Assembly: GCA_013265495.1 (NCBI GenBank)
Contig: MU057416.1
Span: forward strand, 614,545-678,544
Direction of reading: 5' to 3'
DNA: 64,000 bases
Source of the DNA: Vicugna vicugna
Taxonomy: Eukaryota
The notes beneath the pieces were generated by a model, which worked only from the letters and a program-made list of their open reading frames with translations, was not told where the DNA came from and did no database searches. The first letter of the stretch is position 1, and every line of letters begins with the position of its first letter. Below, one piece after another: positions 38,932 through 51,519 of this stretch. A program made the translations under genes and the position numbers.

Positions 38932-41900
38932 AAAGAAATGCAGCCTCTACAGTTTTAATTAGAATTAGAGTTTAAAAGCTACGGAAGAGTAAAATTTAGG
39001 AGGATGGACCATTTATCCCTGAAGTAGAAAATAAGTTATAAATCCATGTGTAGCCCTGTGTTTGCTCTAAATCTGTCTACCCGTTCCCTCATCGGTTACC
39101 AAAAATATTCGAGACACAATGATCGCAGCTTGGTTTTTTCGTACATCAGGAAAGATTTCACCAACTCAGAATTTTGAGTGTTAAAACTCAATATATATTA
39201 TGTTACCAAATAAAATTTGAAACTTTTTTCCAAAATTTAATTGTAAAAATCACAGCATATGATTTAAAGTCATATTTGCAATCAAAGATTAAGTGCAGTA
39301 AATATTCCCTAAATGTTGCTCCCATAATTTGTGTTGTTTCTTGAAAATTTGAGAAAATATACTTAATATAGATCTGTGAAACACATTTTAATAACTGATT
39401 TTAATTTGTTAGCACATATTTTGTAGCTTAAGAGAAATAGTCCTGGAAATTATACAATGCGTTTCATTAAATGTATTCTCTTATCCAGCCTTATCCCTGC
39501 AGTCGCTGGCAACCTTCTAAATCAATGTGATTTTACTACAATTACACACCAAAAGCGTTCACTTTCACAGTGCAAAGAAATTTCAGCTGGAGAATTTTGT
39601 TTTAACGTTAATCCTGCAGAAGTACCGTGTGGTCCCTGTGCTCCAGTCTTTCTGTCCGCTCGTTCATCCATCCAACCGATGCTCACTGCGTTCCCGTGTG
39701 GACGTGGCCCCGCTCGCTTCTGGAGGGGGGTGTACACAGGGGGGAAGTGGACAACGGTCTTGCTCGGTGTTTTTGTAACTTGGTAGGAAAGCTATGTCCA
39801 CACTTAATACAGGTTGGAATATGACGACTGTCGACAAGGTTGTGTGTGAATTTTGATGAGCTTGAAAGGTAGGGCCCAGGGAGGAGATGGAGGAAAACTG
39901 GGCGGAGGAGGCGGGATCCGGAGCGAGTGTTCCAGATAAACAAAAGTGGAGCTAAGAAAACAAACAGCTCAGGAAGGACACTGGCAAAGTCAAAGAGAGG
40001 GCAGCGTGTGTCCTGGGGAGGAAATAACGAGAAAATGTTTGGCCGTGGTCATGAAGAAGAGGCAGGGAAAGTGCATCTGGGAAGCTCGAAACAGGGGACG
40101 CCGGCTTCTCCCTGCCAGCCCCAGGTGCTTGGTGATGCCCGTGTGGCCAGCAGGACAAGGCGCAAACGCCCACCTTCGACCTCCAGGGCCTGGCAAGGCT
40201 GGGTCCGGACCACCTATTCCAGCAGTGCCTGCAGCTGCTCAGTGAAGTCTGTTGAGTGGCACTGACAGCCACCCCCCAGCCATGCCCCGTGTTCTCCCCG
40301 GTGCCCCAGGCACAGCCTGAGACTGCGGCTCTGGGGCTCCACTCCCGTGGTCACTCCAGATTCCCCAGCTGAAGACATAATACCATGTTATAAAGCATTT
40401 GTGCTGTCCTGCAATGTGGTGCGGGAACTTGAACCTACTTCTGACTTTTCACTGGGATTATAAATCCCTAAAGAGGAGGGGGTTTTTGATGCTGTCATTG
40501 AGTTTCAATGAAAGTACAGTGAAATTTATCAGCTGAGTACCTGAGAAGACGGAAAGGACTGGGCTGCAGCTGGTGCGGGATGAACAGCGCAGAGACTCTA
40601 GCACAGATGCCTGCAGCACTCGAATATCAGGCTGACTCAGTGTGTACAGGGAACTCGTAAGTCTCCTCGAGAAATTTAAATCTGCGCTAGAGAAACATGA
40701 GAATTCCGCAGAAGAGTCCCCAGACCACTGGCTGGCTCCTCCTCCCAGGAAGAGCAAAGAGAATCAAACAAGTAAAACAAATTCTGCAGTTCTGCAGCTC
40801 AACCTCACGGAAAGCCAGTGGGTGAGGAGTTCCTTGCAAGTCTGTTCTGTGAACTCCATCTTCCCTGAGATAAGTTTTCACTGCCTGTGCCAGGAAACTG
40901 GGAAAGCGTTTAAGTTACTGCCACTGATTGATCTAGAAGTGTAGCGAGGGTCCTGCTCTCCAGAAATAGCAGGTGAAGTCACAGGCTGCCAGGTCCGCAC
41001 AGCTGGGTGTGTTTCGCCCCTTCTCGGTTGTGCAAGTTTACCACATGTCAGCTCAGTGATCGAGGGTGGGTTGGAGACGGTCCAGGAGGAGAGGGAAACT
41101 GCGCTGGCTCAGCCTGCAGAAGTCCTGCTCCTCGCGTTCCCAGTTCATCTCTTTCTCAGATGTTTGTGATTTGTGTGGCGGTGGGTAATACTGTTGATGG
41201 GAAGATAATTTGTCCAACCTGTGCAGATCTTTTAAAGTTGTAAGTTTGCTGAATGTTAATCTGCAGGTGCCCAAATGCTAGCTATTTGAAACTCTGTGTC
41301 ACCATTGCATAAGCTCTTTTAAGATTTGCATTCCTCAATGAGATTTGCCAGGTTTTTTTTTTTCTTAATGCTTTACTACCCACACAGAGTGGCTAAATTT
41401 AGATTTGTTCCACTGTCTGCTCTACTCATTTAAATAACTGCCATTGCACGTTAACCTACAAAATAAAGTCCCAGAATGCGATGCTTATTTAGATTGAGCC
41501 ATCTTAAATGTGTATAAGAAATGCGAGTTTTCCATGCGTCCTCAACACGACAAAGGCAAGGCCAGATTTGGAGGACAAGGGGGACCCACGCTATCTGCTG
41601 GTACCCCAGACCTGAATGGTCTTCTTGTGTGCAATTCCTCCACTAGAATGTTGATCTGTTCCACTCGGTATTTAATCTCTTTCCATGATTGAAACTAACC
41701 ATCATTTTTTCTCATTACTTTTTAGCACTTAACCCTCCTCACCTGAAAAAAAAACCCTAGCATTGCCTTTTCCTGTTCTTTCCATCAGAGTTGTGAGCAC
41801 CCAACAAACAGTAATGCTCCTATTCAGTTGTGTGGCCGAAGCCTTGAGCAGCTAACTGGCTGTTCCGACATGAGGCCTGGACACGGGGTGTCGTCTGGGG

Positions 41901-42329
41901 ACGAGCACGGGGTGGCGGGCTGCGTGAGCTGCTGTCTCACTAGGGGCCAACCGCACGGCCGGGCGCGGCGTTGCACCCCCGTAGCGGTGAAGGGCCCTCC
42001 AGGCTAACATTTTACTCCCCTTTCCGCGACAGCAGGGCCAGAGGCACAGGCCTCGTCTACGTCCGAAGCTTTCCATATAAAAACAGTAAAGGAACGACCA
42101 ACGAGTTACAGAAATTCTAATCCACATTAACGCTCGTACTCAGATAAACGAATCTAGCACGCATGTAACTGGTGTAACTTTATTGGGAAAAACACCAAAA
42201 GCCTAAAAACGTGGGCTTTCTGTGAATGTGAGACCTGGGCAAACGGCTGTATCCCCCGCCCCCCAGCCTGGGCCCCAGCTTCCAGTGACCCATTTGTCTC
42301 CACCTGGTCTACTGGTTTGTGAAGGTACC

Positions 42330-42820
42330 TCTGGCTTCTGACTTGTCTCCGCCCGAGCCCCGCCCGTGACGCTGACCCGATCGTCCTGATGTAAGTGTAT
42401 TTGACCCTCCCCGTTGTTCTCTGTACAGCTCAGTCACAATGAACGGCCTCTTGCAGGCTTCGGAACATCTCAGCCTGTCATGCGTATGTCTTTGAGCAAG
42501 TTGTTCCCCTTCCTGGAATTTTCTCCATCAGGCATCCCCTTCTGTTTGAGATTCAGGACATCAGAGGCTGAAGGACGCCTTTCCTGACGCACTGATCTTA
42601 GCAAGGCCAGGGGTCGGCCCTCCACTCAGGGTCTAAACTCACCTGTGCATGGAAGATCATCTGCTCACCACCCTGAATTGTGGCGCCTGCCCCTTGTTTG
42701 TCTTCACACTAGACTGTCAGCTCCATAAGGAGTGAGATTGTTTTTGTTCAGTCTCTCTAGCCCTACAAACTTGCTCTTTCCATCACTGATGGAGGCAATG
42801 AACAAATGTCTGTTAATGAT
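42330..42820 (+). mobile_element. L2 3' fragment
   Basis: 'cacactagactgtcagctccataaggagtgagattg...aacaaatgtctgttaatgat', an L2 3' end motif. Confidence 0.6.
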
Positions 42821-43543
42821 TTGCAGAATTGCGAGATGCCCCAAGAATATACTTGACTCTCTCCTACCAGCCCTCAGATACCTCTGAGATAAAGTAATGG
42901 ATTAGGAAAGTCATGAAGTAAATTCGTGAAATAAACATTTTATTTCTGTTTTCTCGTCAGTCTGCCCTCTGGCCAGCTACTTTTTATTATTATTTTTTTT
43001 TGTGGATCACACTTAAATGCTGCATGTAAAATCCAACCTCATTTGTATTTTATCGTGGACGTTCTGTTCAGAGCTCTTCTGAGGATGAATGGAAGCTCTC
43101 TGAGGCCTCACTTTACACGTCACACATCTCACATGAGACTGTTTTGATCAGTGCAGGCATCGTATGTTCCAGAATAAAATGCCTGTGATCGATCTGTAGT
43201 TAACTAGTGATCTAATCAAATCTGTATGGAAAAGTGTTTGGGATTCCGATGACCAAATTGTTCACGTTTTACCATATTTAAATCACAGCCAGTGTGCTTT
43301 CCACTCTTGGTATCCATTGAAATGACTTGGTGGCTAAGGAGAAAAGTCAAATGAGAGAAACAGTAATGGGGTGAAACAGTTGATTATTCCTAAGTTAGGC
43401 GACGTATGTGGCCACAAGAACCTTGCTGAGCTGTGTCATTTCTCCAAAGCCACTTGTGGACAGGGCTTTAGGGGGCTTCTTCAAACCGAAGAGCTCATGT
43501 GAACCCGCAGCTGGCTCTTTCTGAAGATGAGGGACCCCCTCGA

Positions 43544-43628
43544 GGGGGTCGGAGTGCAGCTCAGTGGTGGAGCTTAGTGTGCAGGAGGTCCTGGGTTCCA
43601 TCTCCAGTACTTCGATTGAAAAAGAAAT
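43544..43628 (+). mobile_element. tRNA-derived SINE (Vic-1-like), diverged
   Basis: 'cagctcagtggtggagcttagtgtgcaggaggtcctgggttccatctccagtac' followed by an A-rich end. Confidence 0.8.
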
Positions 43629-44559
43629 CGCTGGAGGGGAAAGCAAGTGAGTGATGCCAGCGAGGACCTTCAGCTCCTCCCCAGGAGGGGGTCACAGTTC
43701 AGTAGGGCTTAATCTTGAACTAAATTTAGGAATCTGGGACTAGCACCCAGGGCAGCCTTTTAAGCATTAGAGAATCAAGAAGGAAAAGTGTGTGCGTGTG
43801 TGTGTGCGTGCCATTCTCAGCAGTCTGCAGTGATTTAAGTAAATTTTAAGATTTCGCCTGTGTGCAATGCCTGCTCTTCGAGGATTCTCTTGTGATCAGT
43901 TAGAATGGAATCTCTGAGGACCTGCACTGGACCCCCCAGCTCTGCAGCATTGCTTGGTGCATGAACATGCGATAGAAGCACTGGATGAGCTGCTTAGGTA
44001 ACTGTTGCTGCAACAGCCGGGTCAGGACGGACATCATGTCCTAAGGCTTGGAAAGCTTTTCCCCGAGTGGTCAGCCCCGTTTTTCCTCTTATTGAAGGAA
44101 GACTTGAAGGCCTCTAGCCATCAAACCACCTGAACTTTCCGGGTTTCTTTTCAGCTTCCAACACTCTGGATTGTAGTAACCCAAGCTGCGTTGACCATGA
44201 CCCTTGACCTTGGCTCCCCTCAGGACCCTCCCAAGCATCGCTGGTGTGCATGGGGTCCAGATGAAGTACCTCTGAAGCCCCCTCCATCCGACACGAACAG
44301 GACTGACCATGCTAAAGAGCCAGGTTTTGATTTCAAGAGCCAAGAAGTTGTTTCTGGCTCTACTTTCAAGGAAAACCAAAAAGAAAAAAAAGAAAAAAAA
44401 AGAAATTAGAGAGAGGGGTGATAGAATATAAACATTTAAAAAAATATTTATAAGCTCTAACGTTGCGTTTTGGCAGGACCCACATTTCTTTTACAATAAT
44501 ACTAGATGTTCTGTCGCCTTCCAAGTTGGCTCTGAAACGAGAGATTCTCATTAATGTGT

Positions 44560-44870
44560 CATCTGGGGACACCGGAGCTGATGTTCCCCACGTTGGGCCT
44601 CCTGTCAGGGACCCACGCTTCCACGCCTGCAGCTAATCTAACGCGTGCGGGGAAGCAGCAACAGGAACCAATGTTCTGGATCCCGTGACCCAGATAAAAC
44701 GAAGCCTCTGCAGCCCGGGCCGGAGAGCAGCTGCCGCCCGGCGGCGGCGCCAGCAGAGCTCGGAGCGCGACCAGAGGCGGGGACGGAGGTGCGACGGGAG
44801 CCAACGGTGTGCAAAGAGCTTGAGAGCTGGGGGAGAGCGCCAGGAAAAGTACAGGCGCAGGATCCTACTT
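44560..44870. promoter_or_regulatory. Small CpG-rich patch (possible regulatory element)
   Basis: Dense CpG 'gccgcccggcggcggcgccagc...ggagcgcgaccagaggcggggacgg' in non-repeat sequence. Confidence 0.4.
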
Positions 44871-45440
44871 TGTACTTTATGGAGTCATAAAGGCTTTGTT
44901 CCGGAAAGTTCAAAGCCCTCGACAGACCTTTCATGAGTCCTCCCTCGCTCCTTTGAGGTCTCCAGGTGGCAAGTGTAATTACTGTCATTTTTATGAATGG
45001 GAAAAAATGAGGCAGGGAAGGTTAAGGGGCACATTCAGAGTTACATAAAATCACAGACGCAGAGGACACCACCAACCCCCGCCCTGACTCTTCCTTCAGT
45101 GCCTTAGGACCTTTTTCACCGTGTGGGTCTTATATTGTGCTTTTCCTAAGAGAAGTTACCTTAAAAGACCTCTTCGACTCATATGCTGTTTCTAAAGTTA
45201 AGGAAAGGGAGTAGGGAAACTTAAAAAAAAAAAAGAAAAACAAGGTCTTGGCATGTCTCCAACAGCCAAATCGTTCTTTCAGTGCTACTGATGTATCTCA
45301 TCTATCAAATTTATTCTGTGCTGGCAGAACTTCCAGTTTAGTTCCTTTGTGCCACGACTCATCTGAAAACCTCCTGGAACCCACACAGCCCGGTCGCATC
45401 CTCGGAGTCTGAAATCTGTGTGTTAAAATGACATCTTCAC

Positions 45441-45775
45441 TAGTGTCTTCTTTTTTTTTTTAGATTCCACATATGAGTGATATCATATGGTATTTTTCTT
45501 TCTCTCACAAACAGAGTAAATAAACTTATGGTTACCAGGGCGAAAGGGAGTGGGAAGGGATAAATTGGGAGTTTGAGATTTGCAAGTAATAACTACTATA
45601 TATAAAATAGATAAATAAATTTCTTCTGTAGAGCCCAGGGGACTATACTCAATATCTTATAGTAACCTAGAATGAAAAAGAATATGACAAGGAATATACG
45701 TATGTTATGTATGACTGAAACATTATGCAGACACTGACACATTGTAACTGACTATATACTTCAATAAAAAAGAAA
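45441..45775 (+). mobile_element. 5'-inverted (twin-primed) L1 3' UTR insertion
   Basis: 45441-45505 is antisense L1 3' UTR and ~45503-45775 is the downstream sense 3' UTR. TSD aaaatgacatcttcac (45425-45440) / aaaatggagtcttcac (45776-45791), 13/16 identical. Confidence 0.85.
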
Positions 45776-47919
45776 AAAATGGAGTCTTCACAACACTGCT
45801 GAGCATCTTAGGATGAGTCATAGGACCGGCTGTAAATGCCAAGAAGGGGGAGTGAGAGCCCCTGCTTCCTGACAACTGGCAGGCAACCACCCAGTGGCGA
45901 TATTGGAACCACGCTCTGGCACTCCACCTCCATGTCCTGAAAAGACATCTCTGCTTGGCGGCTCTTCCAGTTGAAACATACGAAAAATAAATGGTAATAG
46001 CAACCAAATGGAAAAAGCTGGAAATTACTAGAGAAGAGGAAAAACTGAACTTCTAAGAAGATATTAGAAAGTGGAAACTTTACAAAAACCCTTTTGCCAA
46101 TGAGGTTGTCCAAAAACCAAGTTTATGGTAGAATAATAATAACCAAAGTTGCACATGAATCAGTGATGATGTAAAGCGATACAGTATAAACATTACTAAA
46201 ATTTTTTTCTATTTAATTTACCTTCAAAGTGAGGCTTTAGAATGAGGCTGTCCACTGCATTTCATTCTGTAGTGCCGTGTCGACCTGGTGCATTACCTCA
46301 GATACAAATCTAATATAGTCTGATTTGTTATGATGAGACTAAAATGAAACATGCTGTTATTTTTTCATGCCTCTTTCCTATAAGCACAAGGTGTAATAAA
46401 TGACCAATTTAAATAAGAGTGTTGAGTTTGAGTTTTAAAGATACCTTTGAGAAGGTGATTTTATCTACTACGTGAAACTGAGGAGAAATAGCATGTGGCC
46501 AAAGCCCTGTCTCTCCCAGGGCTAAAAGGTCAGAGGTGAAAACTAAACACCTGGTTACCTCATGAGGCTAATTTAATGGGATTTCCCGGCCTAGTGTATG
46601 GAGTGCTTTTTCTCATCTGCTTTTGCTTATTTTTTGGACCAGAAAAATTGGTTTAGCTTTATCCCATAGGTTACTAATTGCTCTCCTATCAATACGTGAA
46701 CATATGTTTATGTAGAAACACCACATTTCCCCTTTGTCTTTTGATGCACTAAAATAAATACAGATTTCTGAAAACTCTGACGCTGAAGCTAGTCTAGGAC
46801 TATCTGAGTGGCTGTCAAAGGTGATACTGATTTATTAATGACCCCCATGTAGTAAAAAGAACAATCTTTTCCAGACCTTTAACATCTTCCAACTGTTGCC
46901 ACTGACCGTTGTGTTGAAATAGATTTGCTGATCATTCTTACCTAATTCCTCTGCATAAGACTGCTTTTACTTACTTTACTTCTTAACAGCTCACATTGCT
47001 TTGGAGCTCACTTCCTTGTGCAAGAAAAGATTAGAGGGAAACACAGTCCTTACGTACAATGCAGCTGTGAAACCAACGCAGCGCTTTATGCTCGGTTGTA
47101 AAGAGACCTTCTAAAATCCAGCTTCCTGGGCTGATAGTGAATAACATCTATTCCTGTGCTTAACAGTCTTTCAAAATACTTTCTTTTTCCTGACAAAGGC
47201 GTCTGTCAGTATTGGCACACGTTATGAAGGGCTTAGCACGCTGCCAGTTCTGCACGTGATTTATGGTAGTAGTAATGCTCACCGTGGTTTGTGACCACTG
47301 CAACTCCTACTACTATTTATAATTAAAATTTTATTTCCCAAATGGCCCGACCTAGAAGTTTAAGATGACTGACAGATGGAAATCCTCAACCGTTTGAAAC
47401 TCAAGCTTCACGTTATGAAGATAACGTTTTGATTTTTCTGCGGTGCCTTTTTTTTCTTTTTTATATTCCTAAATATATAGCCTTGGAAGTCATTCCTCCC
47501 CTGGCTCCCCATTAATATCTCTCTTTCCCTGTGATACATGAAAGCATCTGCTCAGCTTCCTGGTTCTCCTGCGACACACTGCTTCCTCCATCTTGGTCAA
47601 GTCCTCCTCCTCCTCACACGCTGTTCTTCCAGAACGACACTTTCGCCTTCATCTTCCGTCTCCTTGATGTCATTGCCTGAATTCCTGAACCAATTTTCTC
47701 CTGCTCGTAGGAGATTCATTCCTCATTCCTTTTCATGTAATATTCCCAAAATTGTGAAAAGTTATTTGGCGAACTCAAAATTATTTCAAAATTAACTCAG
47801 TTTTAAGCACTAGCATGGAAGGTATATTTTATTTATCTTGATGATGTAGCATGTTACGCCCTACCTGTCATGTGGTTGGTTCCTAAGAGTAATAGCAATA
47901 ATAACAATAATGATAATAA

Positions 47920-48120
47920 TATCTATGGTTCCCGGGGGTGGAGGGCTGGGAAGGGGTAAACTGGGAATTCGAAAGTTGCACCTCGTGGGGAGTGATGGGA
48001 AAGTCAGCTGTGTTGATTATGGTGGTGGTTCCATGGGTGTGTACATCTATCAAAACTCATCAAAGTGTGCATTTGAAATATGTGTAGTTTACTGTACAGG
48101 GACAATAAAGGTGTTAAAAA
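47920..48120 (+). mobile_element. Old L1M 3' end
   Basis: 'gagtgatgggaaagtc...ttgattatggtggtggttccatgggtgtgtacatctatcaaaactcatcaaagtgtgcatttgaaatatgtgtagttta'. Confidence 0.8.
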
Positions 48121-48169
48121 TAATATCTCACACTTACAGCACTTAATACGTGCCTGCGCTATTGTAATA

Positions 48170-48400
48170 ATAATAGTAACGCTTAGAGTACTAAATATAC
48201 ACTGTATGCTTTGCTTAGTGTTTTCCATTGAACCCTTACAAAGTCCTTACTTTGTAACAGTATGTAATTAATGGGGTAAATAATACGATTAGTCCCACAT
48301 TTTGAATATGGAAACTGAAGTTCAAAGCAGACAAGCAAGTTACTAAAGTGGCAGCGCTCGGTCCTGGGCCCGAGGGGTCCAACTCTGCCCTGGGCTCTGA
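48170..48400 (-). mobile_element. MIR SINE
   Basis: 'cccacattttgaatatggaaactgaagttcaaag...aagcaagttactaaagt', the reverse MIR core. Confidence 0.6.
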
Positions 48401-49194
48401 TCGTTACACATTCTGGTCGGAGATTATGTTAAATTGTTCACCATACTTCCCTTGAATCACACCCCCCAATGCTGCTTTGGTCATTAATTCTCAAGATTAA
48501 CTTTTATCCAGAAATAAATGATCCAAAGGAAGGATGGCAAACATATTTTAATTCTCTTGCTGACTGTACTTTCTGGCGAAAGATGTCTTTAAAGTTTGTT
48601 TGGGAGGAGGCTGGGGTTCTGTAGAATGTCTCAGGAAGTGGCACTGCAGACGCAGAAGAGGGAACACCAACTATTTCCCTCCCTAATCCAGACATATCTC
48701 CAGGTCTTGGGTTAAAAACATTCACAGGTGTGTGTCCTCAGTGGAAGCTGGGTACCAGCAGACGCTGAAATGCAGCCGCATTCAGCCTGCCAGGATAAAG
48801 CCAGTGTCTCGTTAACGGCTCCACTCAGTGATCAGCTGAGATAAATATATTCGTCTAAGGTGAAATTTACAGCTTCAGACAAGCAATAGGAAAGTAATGT
48901 TGATCACCTAGTGTGTATGTAAAGAAATATTAAGATAACATAATTCAGTTTCTAACCTTTAAATTCCCATGAGCATTTGTATTTTTGTACTTGACAACAA
49001 ACGTGAATCATCAGCACAGATGTTAAATGTGGACGTTGTCTAATACAAGTAAACCTGCTTTTCTGGGAGATAATTTAAAACTTTAAACACATCTACTATG
49101 ACGTTGAAAGTCTATTAAACATAACTTGTTCTGTGATACAGGCCGTACGTCATGACTTCACAGTGTCATCAGGTCATGCTTACAAATATTGATA

Positions 49195-49360
49195 AGAAAT
49201 ATGGTTCTGGAACCACACAGGGGTGTTATGCTCACAGGTAGAGCTGGAGCTGTGACCCCTGGGTTGGTCTCTTTGCTCCACCTTTTTTATTAGCTCTGTG
49301 CCTCAGTTTCCTCATCTGAAAACTGGAGATGATAATAATATTACTCCTAGCTCTTGAAAC
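49195..49360 (+). mobile_element. MIR SINE
   Basis: 'ctctgtgcctcagtttcctcatctgaaaactggagatgataataata', the MIR core. Confidence 0.75.
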
Positions 49361-49467
49361 ACCATCTGGCTTGTACACACCTCTTAACTGATAGTTATTG
49401 TTGTCATTGTTGTGCAGAGTGGAAAACTGACCCCAATTACTTTTGTAACTGGAGACAAATATTGAAG

Positions 49468-49470
<3 letters not shown>

Positions 49471-49507
<37 letters not shown>

Positions 49508-49788
49508 ATGTGGTGGGGTGTGTGTACCTATGGTGATGTGTGCATGTGGGGGTGTGTGTGTGTGCATGTGGTGGTATGTGTGCATGTGTGGTGGTGTGTG
49601 TGTGCACGCATGTGGTGGGGTGTGTGTGTACATGTGTGTTTGTGTGCACATGTGTGTGTGCGTGTGCATGTGGTGTGTGTGCATGCATGTATGTGTGCGC
49701 ATGTGGTGTGTGTGGTGTGTTTGTGTGTATATGTGGTGTGTGTACGTGTGTGTGTGTGCATGTGGCAGTGTATGTGTGCATGTGTGTT
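49471..49788. repeat. Complex (TG)n microsatellite / degenerate minisatellite
   Basis: Pure (TG)n start followed by recurring 'gtgcatgtggtg' variants. This explains the HT/VC-rich ORFs at 49232-49891. Confidence 0.95.
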
Positions 49789-49928
49789 TATTTTGACAAA
49801 TCTATTTTTGGGACTCTTTTCTTATCACATTTTTCTTGGGACAAAAAAAGGTTTTTTCATGCACAGTGCATATTCACTTTCTGATATCTGAGCTGCCGAG
49901 ATATTTCACTGTTCAGTTTGGCTTACCG

Positions 49929-50012
49929 TGTTATGGACTGAGTGTTTTGTTCAGTCATTTATAAGCCACTCAGTCTATGGTATTTGGTTACTGTAACTTG
50001 AACTAAGATACC
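49929..50012 (+). mobile_element. Internally deleted MLT1A-like LTR (termini only)
   Basis: 5' end 'tgttatggactgagtgtt' joined directly to 3' end 'tttataagccactcagtctatggtatttggtta...gaactaagatac'. Confidence 0.65.
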
Positions 50013-50159
50013 ACATCTTCATCTATAGTCAGAAGGAGACAAATCTTTATTAAATCATACCATAGCTTTAGCACATACTCTCTACTGTTAAAAATTGAGC
50101 AGGAAGTTTTGTAATGACAGATACTGATTTTTATAAAGACATTATTTTTTAAATGTCAG

Positions 50160-50837
50160 CTGATGACCAGCAGGTTCATGAAAAGATGCTCCACGTCGCT
50201 AGCCGTTAGGGAGATGCAAATGAAACCTTAGTGAGCCACCAGCTCACACTTACTAGAATGGCTGTTATCAGAAAGACTAGAAAGAACGGGCTGGCAAGGA
50301 GCTGGAGAAAAGGGAGCCCCAGTGCACTGTTGGTGGGAATATAAATTGGTGCAACCAGCTATGGAGAATAATATGGAGGTTTTTTAAAATTAAAAATAGG
50401 ACTATCATATGATCCAGTAATTCCACTCCTCAGTATTTATCCAAATAAAATGAAAACATTAACTCAAAAAGATATACACACCCCTAAGTTCATTGCAGAA
50501 TTATTTACAATAGCCAAGATATGGAAGTAACCTAAGGGTCCGCTGATAGATAAGCAGATTTTTTTAAAGTATTATATACACACAATGGAATATTATGCAG
50601 CCATAAAAGGAATAAATCTTGCCATCTGCAGTAACATGGGTAAACCTCAAGGGTGTTATACTAAGTGAATTAAGTCAGACAGAAATACAAATGCTGTATG
50701 ATCTGTCTTTATGTGGAAGCTAAAAACACAGAGGAACAAACGTGCAGATATAGGCAGAGAACAGATCGGTGGTTGCCATGAACAGGGGGTAGTGGGTGCA
50801 GAAATAGGTGAAGGGGGTAAAAAGGTTTAAAAAAAAA
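50160..50837 (+). mobile_element. L1 (L1MA-like) ORF2 end and partial 3' UTR
   Basis: 'catgaaaagatgctccacgtc...gcactgttggtgggaatataaattggtgcaacc...ctaagtgaattaagtcagacag'. Ends in an A-run after 'ggtgaagggggtaaaaaggtt'. Confidence 0.88.
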
Positions 50838-51257
50838 GCCTGGTGGTAAAAATTGGTATTACATGAAACATAAGTAGTTAATAGTTGAAGCTGAGGTACA
50901 GTAAATTTGGTTCATTAGACTATTCTTTTTAAAAAAAAAAAGGCAGTTGATCTCCCTTATTAAACTCTAAAGACATTTTTTACACTATTTCCTCATCCAG
51001 TGAGATACTGTTTCCTCTGTTCGCCTTCGAGAGGGGAGGACTTCCCAGCGTCTTGGGGTGAGAGGTGCTCACTGCTAAGTGGGGGCAGTGCTGAGCTGAG
51101 TGGGAAGCTTTGCCCTGCTCGGGCTCTCTGCTGAAGGGTGCTGAGGGCGGTGTTAGACCCGCGTCTGTGTGCCTAATGAGGAACAGATTCTGATACGAAA
51201 ACAGAATTCTGTATTTGGTTATCTTTGATCTCAGACCACTAAAAGGAATAATAATCG

Positions 51258-51298
51258 TGGTTACAGGCAAATGTCTCATGGTTACAGGGAAATGTCTA
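51258..51298. repeat. 21-bp direct tandem duplication
   Basis: tggttacaggcaaatgtctca / tggttacagggaaatgtcta. Confidence 0.85.
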
Positions 51299-51519
51299 TT
51301 AAAGATGGGCAAATTAGAACTTAAAAAAATACCCACTGACTTTAAATAACCAAACTGATTTCTAAAAAGAAATACATTATTTAAGTGTGAAAATATTTGA
51401 CTTTTTTTCTTCTCCTGCCAGTGGTTTTTCTCATGTCTGTCAGCACTCAAAGCCCTGACACTGTAGAAGTCTGTCTGGTCCGTCTCCATTCCCAAGGGAC
51501 GCTGTGGGCACTAAATCCG

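Noticed and set aside
49232..49891. His/Thr- and Cys/Val-rich ORFs
   Set aside because: Translation of the TG microsatellite.
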